Shown: positions 27,995-39,440 of the stretch, one piece after another
Layout: each line of letters begins with the position of its first letter
Numbering within the stretch: position 1 is the stretch's first letter
Assembly: GCA_038231275.1 (NCBI GenBank)
Contig: JBBRLQ010000030.1
Location: 34,872-98,871, forward strand
Length of the DNA stretch: 64,000 nt
From: Polyangiales bacterium
GTDB lineage: Bacteria > Myxococcota_A > Polyangia > Polyangiales > Polyangiaceae
Direction: 5' to 3'
Notes under the pieces: model-generated
Told to the model about the DNA's origin: nothing
The model's database searches: none
The model's input: only the letters and a program-made list of their open reading frames with translations
Translations under genes and position numbers: made by a program

Positions 27995-29668
27995 TCAGCG
28001 CGAGGGGCGCGAGGAGCCGTCGAAGAGGCCTGCGAGCCGTGCAACCGAGACGACGAGCTCCGTCGGATTGACGGGCTTGGACGCGTACATGTCGAAGCCG
28101 GACTCCAGCGCGCGCGCGCGATCTTCGGGCCGCGCGAACGCGGTGAGCGCGAGCGCAGGCGTCCGACCGCCGCCATCGGCGGAGAGGGCCCGCACCTGCC
28201 GGATCACCTCGTAGCCGTCGTGGTTCGGCATGCCGATGTCCGAGACGAGCACGTCGGGCCGAGACCCGACGATCGCGTCGAGCGCCGCGGACGCGGACGT
28301 GGCCTTGTATACCTCGGCCCCGTGCCGCGCGAGCATCGTCGCGACGAGATCGATGGCGTCGGGGTCGTCGTCGAGGACCAATACTCGCAAGCCCGCGAGG
28401 CGCGCCGAGTCGGCCACATCGGTCAGCGGGGGAGGACGGCTCGAGAAGTTCGCCATCTCCGCCGACGACCGCCTGCGAGGGAACGTCACTCGGAAGGTCG
28501 CGCCGAGCCCCGGGCCGTCGCTTTGCGCATCGATGGTGCCCTCGTGCGCGTCCACGATGTGCTTGACGATCGCGAGGCCGAGGCCGAGCCCACCGTGCGC
28601 GCGCTTGGCGCCGACCGCCCCCTGGCGAAACCGCTCGAAGACGTGCGGGAGGAACTCGGGGGCGATGCCAGCGCCCTTGTCCACCACCGAGACGCGCACG
28701 CTATCCGCGTCGCGCTCGAGAGCAATCTCCACGCGGCCGCCCCGGGCGCTGAACTTGATCGCGTTCGTGAGGAGGTTGACGACGATCTGCTGGATGCGCG
28801 GTGGATCGCCGACGATTTGTCCCGCGTCGGGGTCGACGCGCAGGTGCAGCGAGACCCCCGTGGTTCGTGCAAAGAGCTCGACGGCGTCGACCGATGTCTG
28901 GAGGATGCTCACGAGCTCGAGTGGCTGAGCGTCGATCTGCAGCTTTCCGCTGAGGATGCGCGACATGTCCATCAAGTCGTCGATGAGCTTGGTCTGCGCG
29001 ACCGCGTTGCGCTCCACCGTCGCGAGCGCCTTCTCCGCTTCCTTCTCTCCGAGGCCGCCCCCGCGGATCAAGCGCGTCCACCCGAGGATGGCGTTCAGAG
29101 GCGTGCGGAGCTCGTGCGACACCATCGCGAGGAACTCGTCCTTGGCATGGTTGGCCGCCTCCGCCTCGCCGCGGGCGATCCGCTCGCGCGCCAAGAGCTC
29201 GGCGTTCCGGCGCTCCGCGCTGCGGGTGCGATCGTGCAGCGCTTTGATGCGCGCGAGCGTGGCCACGCGCGCGGCGAGCTCCGGTGCGTCGTACGGCTTG
29301 GTCAGGTAGTCGTTGGCACCGGCGTTGAGGCCGTCGACGAGGTCGCCCTTGTGCCCGTACACCGTGAGCATCAGGATCGGTAAGTCCATCTCGTCGCGCG
29401 TCGACCGCAGGAACCGGCACACCTCGATGCCGGACATGCCGGGCAGCTGCCAGTCGAGGACGAGAACGGAGGGAAGAGGCCCCGCGGCGGCGCGCTCCAG
29501 CAGCGTGGAGCCGTCGATGAACGTCTCCACGTCGTACGCGGACACCAGCGCCCTCCGCGCCATCGCGCCCTCGGTCGGGCTATCGTCGAGCACCCAGACG
29601 AGCGCCCTTTTTTCGGCGTCGGACGAATCGGGCGCTCGATTCGTCGGATTGTTCTCACTCGATTCCAT
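27995..29668 (-). CDS. Hybrid histidine kinase, REC-HisKA-HATPase-REC, with no sensor domain
   Basis: N-terminal REC (VLDDS, LDWQLP, TKP); H-box SHELRTPL; NLLTNAIKF, DKGAGI, GLGLGL; C-terminal REC (LDDD, SDIGMP, SKP). Confidence 0.93.
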   Translation of the reverse strand: MESSENNPTNRAPDSSDAEKRALVWVLDDSPTEGAMARRALVSAYDVETFIDGSTLLERAAAGPLPSVLVLDWQLPGMSGIEVCRFLRSTRDEMDLPILMLTVYGHKGDLVDGLNAGANDYLTKPYDAPELAARVATLARIKALHDRTRSAERRNAELLARERIARGEAEAANHAKDEFLAMVSHELRTPLNAILGWTRLIRGGGLGEKEAEKALATVERNAVAQTKLIDDLMDMSRILSGKLQIDAQPLELVSILQTSVDAVELFARTTGVSLHLRVDPDAGQIVGDPPRIQQIVVNLLTNAIKFSARGGRVEIALERDADSVRVSVVDKGAGIAPEFLPHVFERFRQGAVGAKRAHGGLGLGLAIVKHIVDAHEGTIDAQSDGPGLGATFRVTFPRRRSSAEMANFSSRPPPLTDVADSARLAGLRVLVLDDDPDAIDLVATMLARHGAEVYKATSASAALDAIVGSRPDVLVSDIGMPNHDGYEVIRQVRALSADGGGRTPALALTAFARPEDRARALESGFDMYASKPVNPTELVVSVARLAGLFDGSSRPSR

Positions 29669-29698
29669 GGGAGCCTCGCTGTGATTCGACGTCGGTGC

Positions 29699-30733
29699 TC
29701 ATAGCCGGGACACGATGAGAGCTGCCATCGACTCGATGGGCGCGACCGCGGTGGAGAGGCCAGCCTCGGAGACCGAGCGTGGCATGCCGTAGACGACACA
29801 GGAGGACTCGGCCTCGGTCAGGATCCGGCCTCCCGCCGCGTGGATGGCGCGCGAGCCTTCGAGGCCATCGTTCCCCATGCCGGTGAGGACGACGCCGAGC
29901 GCGCCGACCCCCGCCTGCTCGGCTCCGCTCTTGAACATGACGTCGACGGCGGGGCGGTGGGGCATGCCGAGCGGGACGACGTCGAGCTTGCAGCGCCACC
30001 CGCTGCCTTCGGGCTCGAACACGAGGTGCATGCCGGCGCGCGCGACGACCACGCGGCCCGCGGCGAGCGGCAGCCCGTCGCGCGCCTCGATCACCTCGAG
30101 AGCGCTCTCGCCGTTCACGCGTCGCGCGAAGGCCTCGGTGTATCCCTCCGGCATGTGCAGCACGAGCGCGATGGGCGCCGGGAAGTCCGCGGGCAGCGTG
30201 CGGACGAGGAGCGACAACGCTTGCGGGCCGCCGGTGGACGCCCCGATGAGCACGAGGCGCGTGATGCCCGGTCGCGTAGGGGTTGGCAACGGCGCGGCCG
30301 CGCGCATACGCGCGGACGGCGAAGGGGCGCGCCGAGCCGCCGCCAGCACCTTGGCACGGAGCTCGTCAGCGAGCGCGTACATCGCGTCGGTGGCGAGCGC
30401 CGTCGGTTTGGTGACGACGTCGAACGCACCGAGCTCGAGCGCGGTGACGCCGAGCTCGCTCTCGCCACCCGCCATGCTGACGACCACGACCCCCGGCGGG
30501 CTCTTGGTCCCAGCGAGCGCCTTCAAGACGCCCACGCCGTCGAGGTTCGGCATGACGAGATCGAGGGTCACCACATCGGGCGCCAGCTCGGCGATCCTCT
30601 CGAGCGCGTCGAGCCCGTCGCGCGCGACGCCGACGACCTCGATGCCCTCGGCCCCCATGAGCACCTCGCGCATCACCTTGCGCGCGAAGGCCGAGTCGTC
30701 GACGACGAGGACGCGAATCAGCGGACGGCTCAC
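29699..30733 (-). CDS. cheB: Chemotaxis methylesterase CheB (REC + esterase)
   Basis: VLVVDDSA, TLDLVMP, GASTGGP, LHMP, RPAVDV, LTGMGNDG, VVYGMP; GTG 30733 overlaps cheR stop. Confidence 0.95.
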   Translation of the reverse strand: MSRPLIRVLVVDDSAFARKVMREVLMGAEGIEVVGVARDGLDALERIAELAPDVVTLDLVMPNLDGVGVLKALAGTKSPPGVVVVSMAGGESELGVTALELGAFDVVTKPTALATDAMYALADELRAKVLAAARRAPSPSARMRAAAPLPTPTRPGITRLVLIGASTGGPQALSLLVRTLPADFPAPIALVLHMPEGYTEAFARRVNGESALEVIEARDGLPLAAGRVVVARAGMHLVFEPEGSGWRCKLDVVPLGMPHRPAVDVMFKSGAEQAGVGALGVVLTGMGNDGLEGSRAIHAAGGRILTEAESSCVVYGMPRSVSEAGLSTAVAPIESMAALIVSRL

Positions 30734-31566
30734 GCGGACACCTTCCGGTAGTAGAAGGCGCCGCCGCGCTCTTCGCACGCGAGTAGCGTTCCGAACCGCA
30801 GCAAGGACTCCGACACTCCGACCAGCAGGCGCCCGCCGTCTTCGAGCGCGGCGGACATCGAGCCGATCACGCGCCGGACCGTGGCCTCTGCGAAATAAAT
30901 GAGGACGTTGCGGCAGACGATCACGTCGAATTTCCCGAGCGCCGCGACGGCGGAAGCGTCCGCCAGGTTCAAGCGCCGCCACGTGACCGCGTCGCGAAGC
31001 TCCTGCTTCACCGTCACGCCGCCGTCGGCTTTCTCCATCCACCGCTGGCGACTCGCATCGGCGATGACGCGCAGGGACCGCGCGCCGTACACGCCCCCGC
31101 TCGCGCGCGCGAGCGCTCGGAGGCTGATGTCGCTCGCGACGATCTCCACGCGGTCGAGGAGGCTCCGCTCCTCGAGGAGCATCGCAAGCGTCAGGGGCTC
31201 TTCTCCGGTCGAGCACGCCGCGCACCAAATGCGCGGGCGCCTGCCGGCCGCCACCGCCGGGCGGATGGCGTCCTCGCAGAGGATCACGAGCGGCTTTTCC
31301 TCCCTGAAGAAGTAGGTCTCGTTGACGACGAGGCTGTCGACGAGCGCATCGAACTCGCGCCCGCCAGGGTCGTCGTACCGAAGGAAATAATAGTAATCGA
31401 GCGGGGACTCGAACCCGGCCTCGATTGCGCGCGCGACGAGCTTGCTCGAGAAGATCTCGAGGTCCTGGGGACCGTGGTGAATGCCGGTCCGTTCCTCGAC
31501 GAGGCTCGACAGGATCGCGAAGAGCGCACTCGAGAGGGTGGGTTCCCGCATCGATTCCGTCCTCAC
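30730..31566 (-). CDS. cheR: Chemotaxis methyltransferase CheR
   Basis: VNETYFFRE, WCAACSTGEEP, SDIS, FDVIVCRNVLIYF, LVGVSESL. Confidence 0.95.
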   Translation of the reverse strand: MRTESMREPTLSSALFAILSSLVEERTGIHHGPQDLEIFSSKLVARAIEAGFESPLDYYYFLRYDDPGGREFDALVDSLVVNETYFFREEKPLVILCEDAIRPAVAAGRRPRIWCAACSTGEEPLTLAMLLEERSLLDRVEIVASDISLRALARASGGVYGARSLRVIADASRQRWMEKADGGVTVKQELRDAVTWRRLNLADASAVAALGKFDVIVCRNVLIYFAEATVRRVIGSMSAALEDGGRLLVGVSESLLRFGTLLACEERGGAFYYRKVSA

Positions 31567-33911
31567 GACGCGGCGGCGCAGATGCGCCTCACCTCGGGAT
31601 CGGTGTCGGCGGCAGCGGCTTGCGCGAGCGCCTCGCGGGCCGCCGCGTTTTCGACATTGGCGAGGGCCGTGGCGGCGGCGCGTCGGGCGTTCACGTTGTC
31701 GAAGTGGAGGGCCGACTCCGCGGCCGCGTTGCCGTTGACGCGGCGCATGCGGAGCAGCGCCTCGACGAGGCTGGCCGACGTGCGCTCGTCCGCCGTCTCG
31801 AGCGCCGAGAGGATCCCCTCGATGCGGCCGTCGACGTAATGCGACAGCGCGGCCATCGCGCGTTCTCGGTCGGCGTCCGAAGACAGGAGGCCGATCAGCC
31901 AGCGCGTCGGCTCGGCACCCGCGCGCGTCCCAAGCAGGTCGAACGCGGCCCTGCGCACGCGCTCGTCGACGTCGCCCGCCGCGCGCACGAGCGCGGCGTC
32001 CGCGATCGAGGAGGGCGATTCGGCGATGGCGGCGACCGCGGCGAGCCGGGTGTCGGGATCGTCGGACGCTCCGGCCTCGAGCAGCAGAGCGTATCCGTCA
32101 GGGCGGCGAAGGCGGCCGAGCCCGTTGAGCGCGGCGCGGCGCACGTCCGGATCCTCGGACCGCGACGCCGCCTCGAGCGCGACCAGCGCGCGATCCCCAC
32201 CGAGCCGCGCGAGCGCTTCGATCGCCGCGACGCGGACTTGACCCGCCGGCTCTTCGATCATCGCGAGGATGCGGTCCGCGGCCGCCGTCACGTGGAGCTT
32301 CCCCAGCGACTGGCACGCGAAGTAGCGGACCCACGTGTCCTCGTCGTCGAGGCCCCGGCGCAGCTCGGCGACGACCTCTGCGGTGGCCGCGGCGTCGCCG
32401 AGCGCGCGCATCGTCACCGCGCGCGTCGCGGGAGAGGGGTGGCGCGACGCGGCGACGAGCGCCGACGTCGCGCGGGCGTCCTCGAGGTGCGCGAGTCCCA
32501 TCGTGGCCGTATGGCGAATCCGCTCGTCGTCGTCGCGGACCGCCGTCAGGAGGACGTCGAGGGCCTCCGGGTACCCGAAGTACGCAAGGATGCGGAGCGC
32601 GGCGCGCCGGATGAGCGGGTCGAGCGAGCGCGCGGCGGCGAAGGCGAGCCGCTTGGTCTCGTCGCTGCCGAGCGACTGGATGGCGGCGCTCGCAGATTGG
32701 GCGACGCCGGCGTCGCTGTCGCCGATCAGGGGGAACAGCGCGCCGACTGCCGATGGATCGCCGATGCGCCCGAGCGCGTCACACGACTGCGCGCGCACGC
32801 CGGGGTCGCCGTCGCCGAGGCACTCGAGCAGCTCGGTCACCGCGCTGCGGCGCGCGGCGAGCAGCGGCAGGAGGCGGGTCCTCTGAGTGCTGCTCCCCGC
32901 GCGGATCGCGGCGCGGATCGCGGGCTCGACGTCGTGCCCCAGGCCGCGGAGCGCAACTGCGGCGGTGTCCGCGACGAGCGCGTCGCCCTCGAGCATCTGG
33001 ATAAGCGACGCGACGCCGGACGGCACGCGAAGCCACGCGAGGACCGTCGCCAGCGCGATCGTGTCGTCCGCGTCGGCGCCGCGCAGCGCGTCTTCGAGCC
33101 GAGGCGCGGCGCCCTCGACGTGCGCGGCCCCGAGCGCCACGGGGACTGCCGTCGGATCGCCGAACCGCTCGGCGTTGCGCGTCCTAAGTTCCACCAGCGC
33201 GCGCGCAGCGGCGCGGACCCGATCGCTTCTCGGATCGGCGAGGAGCCGAGAGAGCGGGACCACGGCCGAGAGCAGGCCGCTGCGGCCGAGCGCGTGGGCC
33301 GCCTCGGTCGCGTAATGCGGCTCGGAGAGCAGCTCGACGAGCGGCGGGAGGGCGCGGGGGTCGCCTGACTGCCCGAGCATGGCGATCGCGGGGAACGTCC
33401 GGAAGAAGTTTCGCGTGTCGACCGCGCGGAGCAGCGGCTCGATCGTCGCCGCGCCGCCGATGCGCCCCAACGCCTCGAGCGAAGCGACCGCCACGTTGTC
33501 GTCCACGTGCGTCGACCATCGGGACAGCTGGGCGACGGCCGGCGCGTGGCGTCGCCGTCCGAGGACCTGCGCCACGTCGCAAAGGACCGCGGGCCGGTCG
33601 TCGCGCGCCGCCAGCGCGAGGATCGCCGGCTCCGCCTCTCCCGTCGAGAGCACGAGCGCATCGACGGTCGCCGCAAGGAGCCGCTCGTTCGTACGCTCGG
33701 CGCCGAGGACCTCGCAGAGCGCGTTCAGCGCCGGAGCACCGATCCGCGCCAGCGCGCCAATGACCGCGCGCCGCACGACCCAGCTGGGCTCGGACAGCAG
33801 CGCGACGAGCGGGCCGACGCCGGCGACGCCGCTGGCGGCGAGGGCCTGCACCTCGTTCACTCGGAGCTCGTCCCGCGACGACAGGCCGTCGGTGGAGTCG
33901 GGGGGAGTCAC
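31563..33911 (-). CDS. HEAT/PBS-lyase repeat protein (Cpc7-like)
   Basis: Many repeats of type D-x-D-x2-VR-x2-A-x2-ALG-x-(I/L)G across the whole length; coupled to mcp and cheR. Confidence 0.9.
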   Translation of the reverse strand: MTPPDSTDGLSSRDELRVNEVQALAASGVAGVGPLVALLSEPSWVVRRAVIGALARIGAPALNALCEVLGAERTNERLLAATVDALVLSTGEAEPAILALAARDDRPAVLCDVAQVLGRRRHAPAVAQLSRWSTHVDDNVAVASLEALGRIGGAATIEPLLRAVDTRNFFRTFPAIAMLGQSGDPRALPPLVELLSEPHYATEAAHALGRSGLLSAVVPLSRLLADPRSDRVRAAARALVELRTRNAERFGDPTAVPVALGAAHVEGAAPRLEDALRGADADDTIALATVLAWLRVPSGVASLIQMLEGDALVADTAAVALRGLGHDVEPAIRAAIRAGSSTQRTRLLPLLAARRSAVTELLECLGDGDPGVRAQSCDALGRIGDPSAVGALFPLIGDSDAGVAQSASAAIQSLGSDETKRLAFAAARSLDPLIRRAALRILAYFGYPEALDVLLTAVRDDDERIRHTATMGLAHLEDARATSALVAASRHPSPATRAVTMRALGDAAATAEVVAELRRGLDDEDTWVRYFACQSLGKLHVTAAADRILAMIEEPAGQVRVAAIEALARLGGDRALVALEAASRSEDPDVRRAALNGLGRLRRPDGYALLLEAGASDDPDTRLAAVAAIAESPSSIADAALVRAAGDVDERVRRAAFDLLGTRAGAEPTRWLIGLLSSDADRERAMAALSHYVDGRIEGILSALETADERTSASLVEALLRMRRVNGNAAAESALHFDNVNARRAAATALANVENAAAREALAQAAAADTDPEVRRICAAAS

Positions 33912-36433
33912 ACGGACTCCTTGGGCACGGCGCGAGGGGCTTCGGGGGGCGTCAGCGCCCGAAGGTGCTCGAGGCTTCCCCGTCCGATCGACGCTGCCGC
34001 GTTGGCGATCTCCTTCGTGTCGCGCGCGATCGTCGCCGCGCGGTCGGCTTGCTGGACGACGGCCGACGCGACCTCGCGCGTCCCCCGGCGTACGCGATCC
34101 ATCGCGCGCGCGACCTCTTCGCTTGCGGCGCCCTGCTCCACCGCGGCGCGCGCGATGCCCGCGATCGCCACACTCTGCTTCGCGGCGCTTGCGGCGCTGA
34201 CCGCGACGGCCTCTGCCTGCTCCTCGAGAGCGCGGGCGGTCTGTTTGGCGGTGCGCCGCAGCTCGTCGGCCTTCGTGACGAGGCTCGACGTCGCCTTGCT
34301 CTGGTCGGCCGTGGCGGTGGTGACCTGGGCGGCGAGCTTCGCCACCGAGCGCGAGGCGGCCTCCAGCTGTTTCGTGCCGCGGCTCTGCTCGGCGAGCGCC
34401 TTCGCGGCCTGGCTCGACTGCTTGCGCAGATCCTCCATCGTCCGAACCACCTCGGCCGCGCCGCGCGTCTGCTCGGTGAGGCCAGCGATGGTGCGCTGGG
34501 TCACCTGCGTGAGGTCGCGCGCCTGGCCCGTGATCGCCGTCGCCTCGCGCGCCTGCGTGCCGAGTGCGATGTTCGTCTGCTGGGAGATGTTGCGCATCTC
34601 GTTCGAGGCCGTGGCGAGCTCCGCCGCGCCGGCGGCCTGCTCCTGGCAGGCGCGCGAGACCTGCTCGATGCTCCCCGTGAGCTGGGAGTTGGCTTTTACG
34701 ATGTTGCGCATCGCCTTGGCTTGCTCCGCCATGGCCTGGCTCGTCTGCCGCGCCATCGTCCGCATCTCCGCGCTGCCTCGCGCGAGCGACTTCGCCGCGG
34801 AGGTCTGCTCGTTGGCGCCGAGCAGGATCGCCCGCGTCTGCTCGCTCACGGTCGCGATGCCGTGGGTGAGCGACTGGCTCGCAGTCACCTGCTCCTGCGT
34901 GGCGCGCGACATCTCGCGTCCCGTAAGCGTGACCTCGTCGATCCCCTGGAGGATGCCGGCGAGCGCGCGCTCCGCATCGGTCGCCAGGTTGGCGCCCTCA
35001 TCGGCGACCTTCGCCCCCTCGACCGACGCGGAGACCGCCTCCCGCGCGGAGCCCTGGAGCTCACGCACGATCTTCGCGATGTCGGCGCTCGCGGTCGCGG
35101 CGCGCTCGGCGAGTGCCCGGATCTCCTCGGCGACGACGGCGAACCCGCGCCCGTGCTCGCCAGCGCGCGCGGCTTCGATGCTCGCGTTGAGCGAGAGAAG
35201 GTTGGTGCGGTCCGCGATGAGGTTGATCGTCATCACGATGTCGCCGATCTCCTCGGCGCGCTTGCCCATGTCTTTGATGACCGCGCCCGACTCGATCATC
35301 GAGGTGCGAATCTTCGCAAAGCCCCCGATGGACTTTGCGACCGTGGCGCCGCCGTCGCGCGCGACCGCGCTGACGCGCTCGGCGACGGCCTTGGTGTTCT
35401 CACCCATTTTTGCCATTTGGCGCGCAGTCGCCTCGAGCTGCGTCGCCGACGAGGCGCTGCTCGCGGCCAGCGAGGCGATCTGCTCGGCGCTGCGCGCGGT
35501 GGACTCCGCGGCGCGCGCGACTTGCTCGACGGAGGTCGCCGTCGCGTCGACTGCGGCGGCGTTTTTCTCGGCGGTGGCGGCCACCTCCTCGACGCTGGCG
35601 GCCACTTCGTTGACGTTGGTCGCGACCGAGGCCGACGACCCCTCGAGCTGCTTGGCGTGGTCGGCGACGCTGCGGATCGACCGCGACATCTCCTCCGTCG
35701 TCGCGACCGTCTCCTCGACCGCGGTGGCGAGCTGGCTCGCGCTCGCGCCGAGGCCGCCCAGTGACTTCTCGATCGCCGCGATGGATCCGGTAACACCCGT
35801 CGCGAGCTCGGCGACGCCCTGCGCGTCCATCGCCAGCCGCCCGATGCCTTTGGACATCTCCGCGATGGTGGCGGCCACCTGCTCGGTCGCCGCGGCGTTG
35901 GACTGCCCGATTGTGGTCATGTCCGCGATGCTGGCGGACGTCTCCGTCGTGCCGGCGGCCAGCTGCTCGCTTGCCGCCGCGAGATCTTCCGCGTTCGCCG
36001 ACACGCCCTTCACCGATCGGGCGAGGTGCTCGAGGACGGACGTCGTCTCCTCCACTGTCTGCGCAAGCACGACCGCGTCCTTCTTCACGCCGGCGATCGA
36101 CGCGGCGAGCTCCTGAGCGGTGGCGGCGCTCGCTTCGGTGCCGCTCTGGAGGCCCTTGGCTGCCTCCGCGACGCTCCGCTGCGAGCGGGCGATCTCCTCC
36201 GCCGCGGCCGCGGTGTCGTCGAGGCCACGCAGAACGCCCTCGACCGCCGCGCGGACCTCCTCTCCGGACGCCGCGTGCTCGTTGCCGACCGCGGCCAGCC
36301 GCGTCGCGGCGTCCTGGATGTCCTTCGCGAGCGCCGCCGTCTGGCGGAGCGATCGCAGCGCGTGCTCCGCGGCGCCGGGCGCGTCGTCTTGCGCGGAAGA
36401 GGGGTCGCGCGTGTCCCCGTTAGTCGACCCCAT
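33908..36433 (-). CDS. Cytoplasmic methyl-accepting chemotaxis protein: very long, no TM segment, no sensor domain
   Basis: Hairpin tip [34 protein letters not shown] in the middle; heptad repeats on both sides; GAGGAG before ATG 36433. Confidence 0.95.
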   Translation of the reverse strand: MGSTNGDTRDPSSAQDDAPGAAEHALRSLRQTAALAKDIQDAATRLAAVGNEHAASGEEVRAAVEGVLRGLDDTAAAAEEIARSQRSVAEAAKGLQSGTEASAATAQELAASIAGVKKDAVVLAQTVEETTSVLEHLARSVKGVSANAEDLAAASEQLAAGTTETSASIADMTTIGQSNAAATEQVAATIAEMSKGIGRLAMDAQGVAELATGVTGSIAAIEKSLGGLGASASQLATAVEETVATTEEMSRSIRSVADHAKQLEGSSASVATNVNEVAASVEEVAATAEKNAAAVDATATSVEQVARAAESTARSAEQIASLAASSASSATQLEATARQMAKMGENTKAVAERVSAVARDGGATVAKSIGGFAKIRTSMIESGAVIKDMGKRAEEIGDIVMTINLIADRTNLLSLNASIEAARAGEHGRGFAVVAEEIRALAERAATASADIAKIVRELQGSAREAVSASVEGAKVADEGANLATDAERALAGILQGIDEVTLTGREMSRATQEQVTASQSLTHGIATVSEQTRAILLGANEQTSAAKSLARGSAEMRTMARQTSQAMAEQAKAMRNIVKANSQLTGSIEQVSRACQEQAAGAAELATASNEMRNISQQTNIALGTQAREATAITGQARDLTQVTQRTIAGLTEQTRGAAEVVRTMEDLRKQSSQAAKALAEQSRGTKQLEAASRSVAKLAAQVTTATADQSKATSSLVTKADELRRTAKQTARALEEQAEAVAVSAASAAKQSVAIAGIARAAVEQGAASEEVARAMDRVRRGTREVASAVVQQADRAATIARDTKEIANAAASIGRGSLEHLRALTPPEAPRAVPKESV

Positions 36434-36905
36434 GAAGCGGCTCCTCTCCAATCACTTTCGCAAAATCCACGAGCAACATGACGCGGGGGCCCAGCTGCGC
36501 GACCGCCTTCACGAACCCTCCGCCCTGACGATCCAGGATGGGGGGCGGCGGCTTCAATTGAGCGGGCGCGATCTTGATGACCTCGCGCGCGCTGTCGACG
36601 AGCAGGCCCACGATGCGGTCGCCTTCCTGCCCGACAACGACGCGGTTGTCGAGCGTGACGGGGCCGCGCGCCGCGCCGAAGCGCAAGCGGAGGTCGACGA
36701 CGGGGACGATGCGGCCGCGGATCTGGGTGATTCCGAGGACGAACGCCGGCGCGCCAGGCACCGGAGTCGCCCCGGTGAAGGACTCCATCTGCAGCACGGT
36801 GTGCGACGGCAGGACGTACTCGCAGCCGTCGACCTTGAAGACGACGTGCAGCGTCGCGCCCTCCGCCCCTTCATCGACGGCGCCGTAGCGCGTGAGGGCG
36901 GTCAT
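36420..36905 (-). CDS. cheW: CheW coupling protein
   Basis: [42 protein letters not shown]. Confidence 0.95.
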   Translation of the reverse strand: MTALTRYGAVDEGAEGATLHVVFKVDGCEYVLPSHTVLQMESFTGATPVPGAPAFVLGITQIRGRIVPVVDLRLRFGAARGPVTLDNRVVVGQEGDRIVGLLVDSAREVIKIAPAQLKPPPPILDRQGGGFVKAVAQLGPRVMLLVDFAKVIGEEPLHGVD

Positions 36906-38944
36906 GCGGCGCGCTCCCGGTCGCCGTCGTCGAGGGTGCCGACGAGGGCGACCAGATCGAGTACGAGGATGGCCTTGCCGTCTCCGAGGTCGGTCGCGCC
37001 GGCCACGCCGGGCGTCTGCACGAGCGGGTCGACGAGCGGCCGGACCACCGCCTCCTGCTGCCCGATCACCCGGTCGACGCCGAAGGCAACGGGCTCCCCG
37101 GCGCGGCGGACGAGCAGCGCGAGCCGCGGCGGCTTCCCGTCGGGGCGACCGAACGCGAGGACGTGGGCGAGATCGACGAGGGGGATCGTCTCCCCGCGCC
37201 GTTCCAGGACGCCAGCGCGCGCGGCCACGTCAAGGGAGCGCGCGGGACCGAACCGGACCTTCGTGTGGTCCACCTCGAGGATCTCCTCGACGCTAGAGAC
37301 CGGGACCACGAAGCGATGCCCGCCGCACTCCGCCGTGAAGGCGTCGACGATGGAGATGGTCAGCGGCACGCGCATGGTAAATGTCGTCCCGACGCCTCGC
37401 TCCGAGGTGAGGAGTAGCTCGCCACCGAGCCGATCGACGACGATGCGTCGCACGATGTCCATGCCCATGCCGCGACCGCTCGTGGTCGTCGTCGTGCCCT
37501 CGTCCCGCGTGGAGAGGCCTGCGCGGCATAGCGCGTCGAGGAGCGCGGCGTCCGAGGCGATGTCGCGGCCGGCGCGCTTCGCGACGAGCGCCCGATCGAC
37601 GCCGCGCCCGTCGTCGGTGACGGTCAGCTCGAGCCTTGCGTTCGAGTGGGCGTGGCACGCGATGCGCAGCGTACCCTCCTCTGGTTTTCCGGCGCGCGCG
37701 CGCTCCTCGGGAGACTCGATCGCGTGATCGACGGCGTTGCGTACGAGGTGCACGATGGCGGGGAAGAGGCGCTCCGCGACGCCCTTGTCGAGCTCTGCGG
37801 TCCCGGCGTCCAGCTTGAGCCGGACCTGCTTGCCGCCCTCGCGCCGAAGCCCCCGAAGGAGGAGCGGGATCCGGTCGAGGACCTCCACCACCGGGACCAT
37901 GCGCACGCGGAGGATCGCGGCGCGCAGATCGCGCAGCTGGCGCCCGTTGTCACGCATGATCTCCGCGAGCTCTCGCGTGTTGATCCCCGAGGCGGTGAGC
38001 GCCGCGATCGCGCGCGCGAGGCGCGAGCGCGTGACGATGAGCGTCGACAGGTGCTCCATCGCGTCGTCGAGGCGGCCGACCTCGACGCGCACCACGTTGC
38101 GCTTCTGGGGGGAGGCCTCCTTGCCGTCGTCGTCGTCGTCGAGGACGACGAGCTGCGGCGCCTCGTCCGCGGGGAGGGCGGCGGCGACGAGGTAGCGGAG
38201 CGACTCCGGCGCCACGCCGACCGCGCTCGCGACCTCCTCGTCGGACGCCGACGTCAAGAGGAGGAGGGCGAAGCTGAGTGCGCCGGGCGAGTCCTCGGTC
38301 ACCGGCACCGACACCGGGACGACCTTGATGATCTCGCCGATGCTCCCGACGCGCTCGCGAACGGTGTTGATCGAGAGGCCTCGCAGCGCCTTGGCGGGCG
38401 ACGGGCTGAAGTCGGCGCGGATTGCGCGCCGGCCCTTGCGCGCGCCGTCCACGAGGAGCTCGATCTCGAAGGGGGCCAGCTTCGAGGCGATGGCGGGGTC
38501 GAGGTCGAGGACGGTCACGTCGGCGGCCGGGGCGGGGACGTGGGCGGGCTCAAGCTGGTCGAGGGCCTCCAAGATCGCGCGCGGCGCGGGCGACGGTTCC
38601 TTGTGCTCCGAGAGCTCTCGGACGCGGTGCTCGATCGCGCGGACGGCCCGGAGGAGCATGTCGATCGACCCGACCGGCAGGTGGCCGCCCGCGCGATCGG
38701 CCACGCGGAGGACCGTCTCCATCCTATGCGCGAGCGCGACCGCCGGCTCGACGCCGACCATCGCGGAGAGTCCCTTGACCGTGTGGAGCGCGCGAAACAA
38801 ATCGCGCACCGCCCGCGGGTTCGGCGACCCGTCACGCGCAGAGGCCTCGATGTCGAGGAGATGGGTGTTCGCCGCCTGGAGTTGCTCCTCGACCTCGGCG
38901 AGGTAGGCCGACAGAAAATCTTTCAGATCGACGCGCGGTGTCAC
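36902..38944 (-). CDS. cheA: CheA histidine kinase
   Basis: Hpt LFRALHTVKG; VRVEVGRLD; HLVRNAVDHAIE, DDGRGVD, SGRGMGMDIV; PLTISI plus CheW-like P5. Confidence 0.96.
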   Translation of the reverse strand: MTPRVDLKDFLSAYLAEVEEQLQAANTHLLDIEASARDGSPNPRAVRDLFRALHTVKGLSAMVGVEPAVALAHRMETVLRVADRAGGHLPVGSIDMLLRAVRAIEHRVRELSEHKEPSPAPRAILEALDQLEPAHVPAPAADVTVLDLDPAIASKLAPFEIELLVDGARKGRRAIRADFSPSPAKALRGLSINTVRERVGSIGEIIKVVPVSVPVTEDSPGALSFALLLLTSASDEEVASAVGVAPESLRYLVAAALPADEAPQLVVLDDDDDGKEASPQKRNVVRVEVGRLDDAMEHLSTLIVTRSRLARAIAALTASGINTRELAEIMRDNGRQLRDLRAAILRVRMVPVVEVLDRIPLLLRGLRREGGKQVRLKLDAGTAELDKGVAERLFPAIVHLVRNAVDHAIESPEERARAGKPEEGTLRIACHAHSNARLELTVTDDGRGVDRALVAKRAGRDIASDAALLDALCRAGLSTRDEGTTTTTSGRGMGMDIVRRIVVDRLGGELLLTSERGVGTTFTMRVPLTISIVDAFTAECGGHRFVVPVSSVEEILEVDHTKVRFGPARSLDVAARAGVLERRGETIPLVDLAHVLAFGRPDGKPPRLALLVRRAGEPVAFGVDRVIGQQEAVVRPLVDPLVQTPGVAGATDLGDGKAILVLDLVALVGTLDDGDRERAA

Positions 38945-39333
38945 GCCGGCGACCGGCTGGGCAGCCCTAGGAGGGTGCTCACTTCCTGCAGGATCGCGTC
39001 TGGCGAGAACGGCTTGGTCATGTAGCGCGTCGCACCCGCCGCGAGCGCCTTGGCGCGGGAGTCTTCGTCGCCGCGCGTGGTCACGATGATGATGGGCAAC
39101 GCGCGGAGCTTGTCCTGGCTACGAACGAAATCGAGCACCTCGATGCCGCCGATGTCGGGCATGTTCAGATCGAGCACCATGACGTCGAAGCGCTGGAGCG
39201 AGAGCTTCTCGATGGCCTCGAGGCCGCTCGACGCGTGCGTGACCGCCAGGTCCGCGCTCTGCCTGAGGCAGGCGGAGACCATGTCCCGCATCACCTTGCT
39301 GTCGTCAACAACGAGTACTTCGGGCAAGATCAA
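38941..39333 (-). CDS. cheY: Single-domain response regulator (CheY-like)
   Basis: VLVVDDS, LDLNMPDIGG, VTT, TKPF. Confidence 0.92.
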   Translation of the reverse strand: MILPEVLVVDDSKVMRDMVSACLRQSADLAVTHASSGLEAIEKLSLQRFDVMVLDLNMPDIGGIEVLDFVRSQDKLRALPIIIVTTRGDEDSRAKALAAGATRYMTKPFSPDAILQEVSTLLGLPSRSPA

Positions 39334-39440
39334 ACCCCCGGTCCCCAGTCTTAGGGGGCCCGGTGAAACCCGTCACGGGAAAAGGCGCGAGCGGTGCGTG
39401 GCATTTCGCCACGCTGCGCTGCGGCGCGGAAACCCTACGC

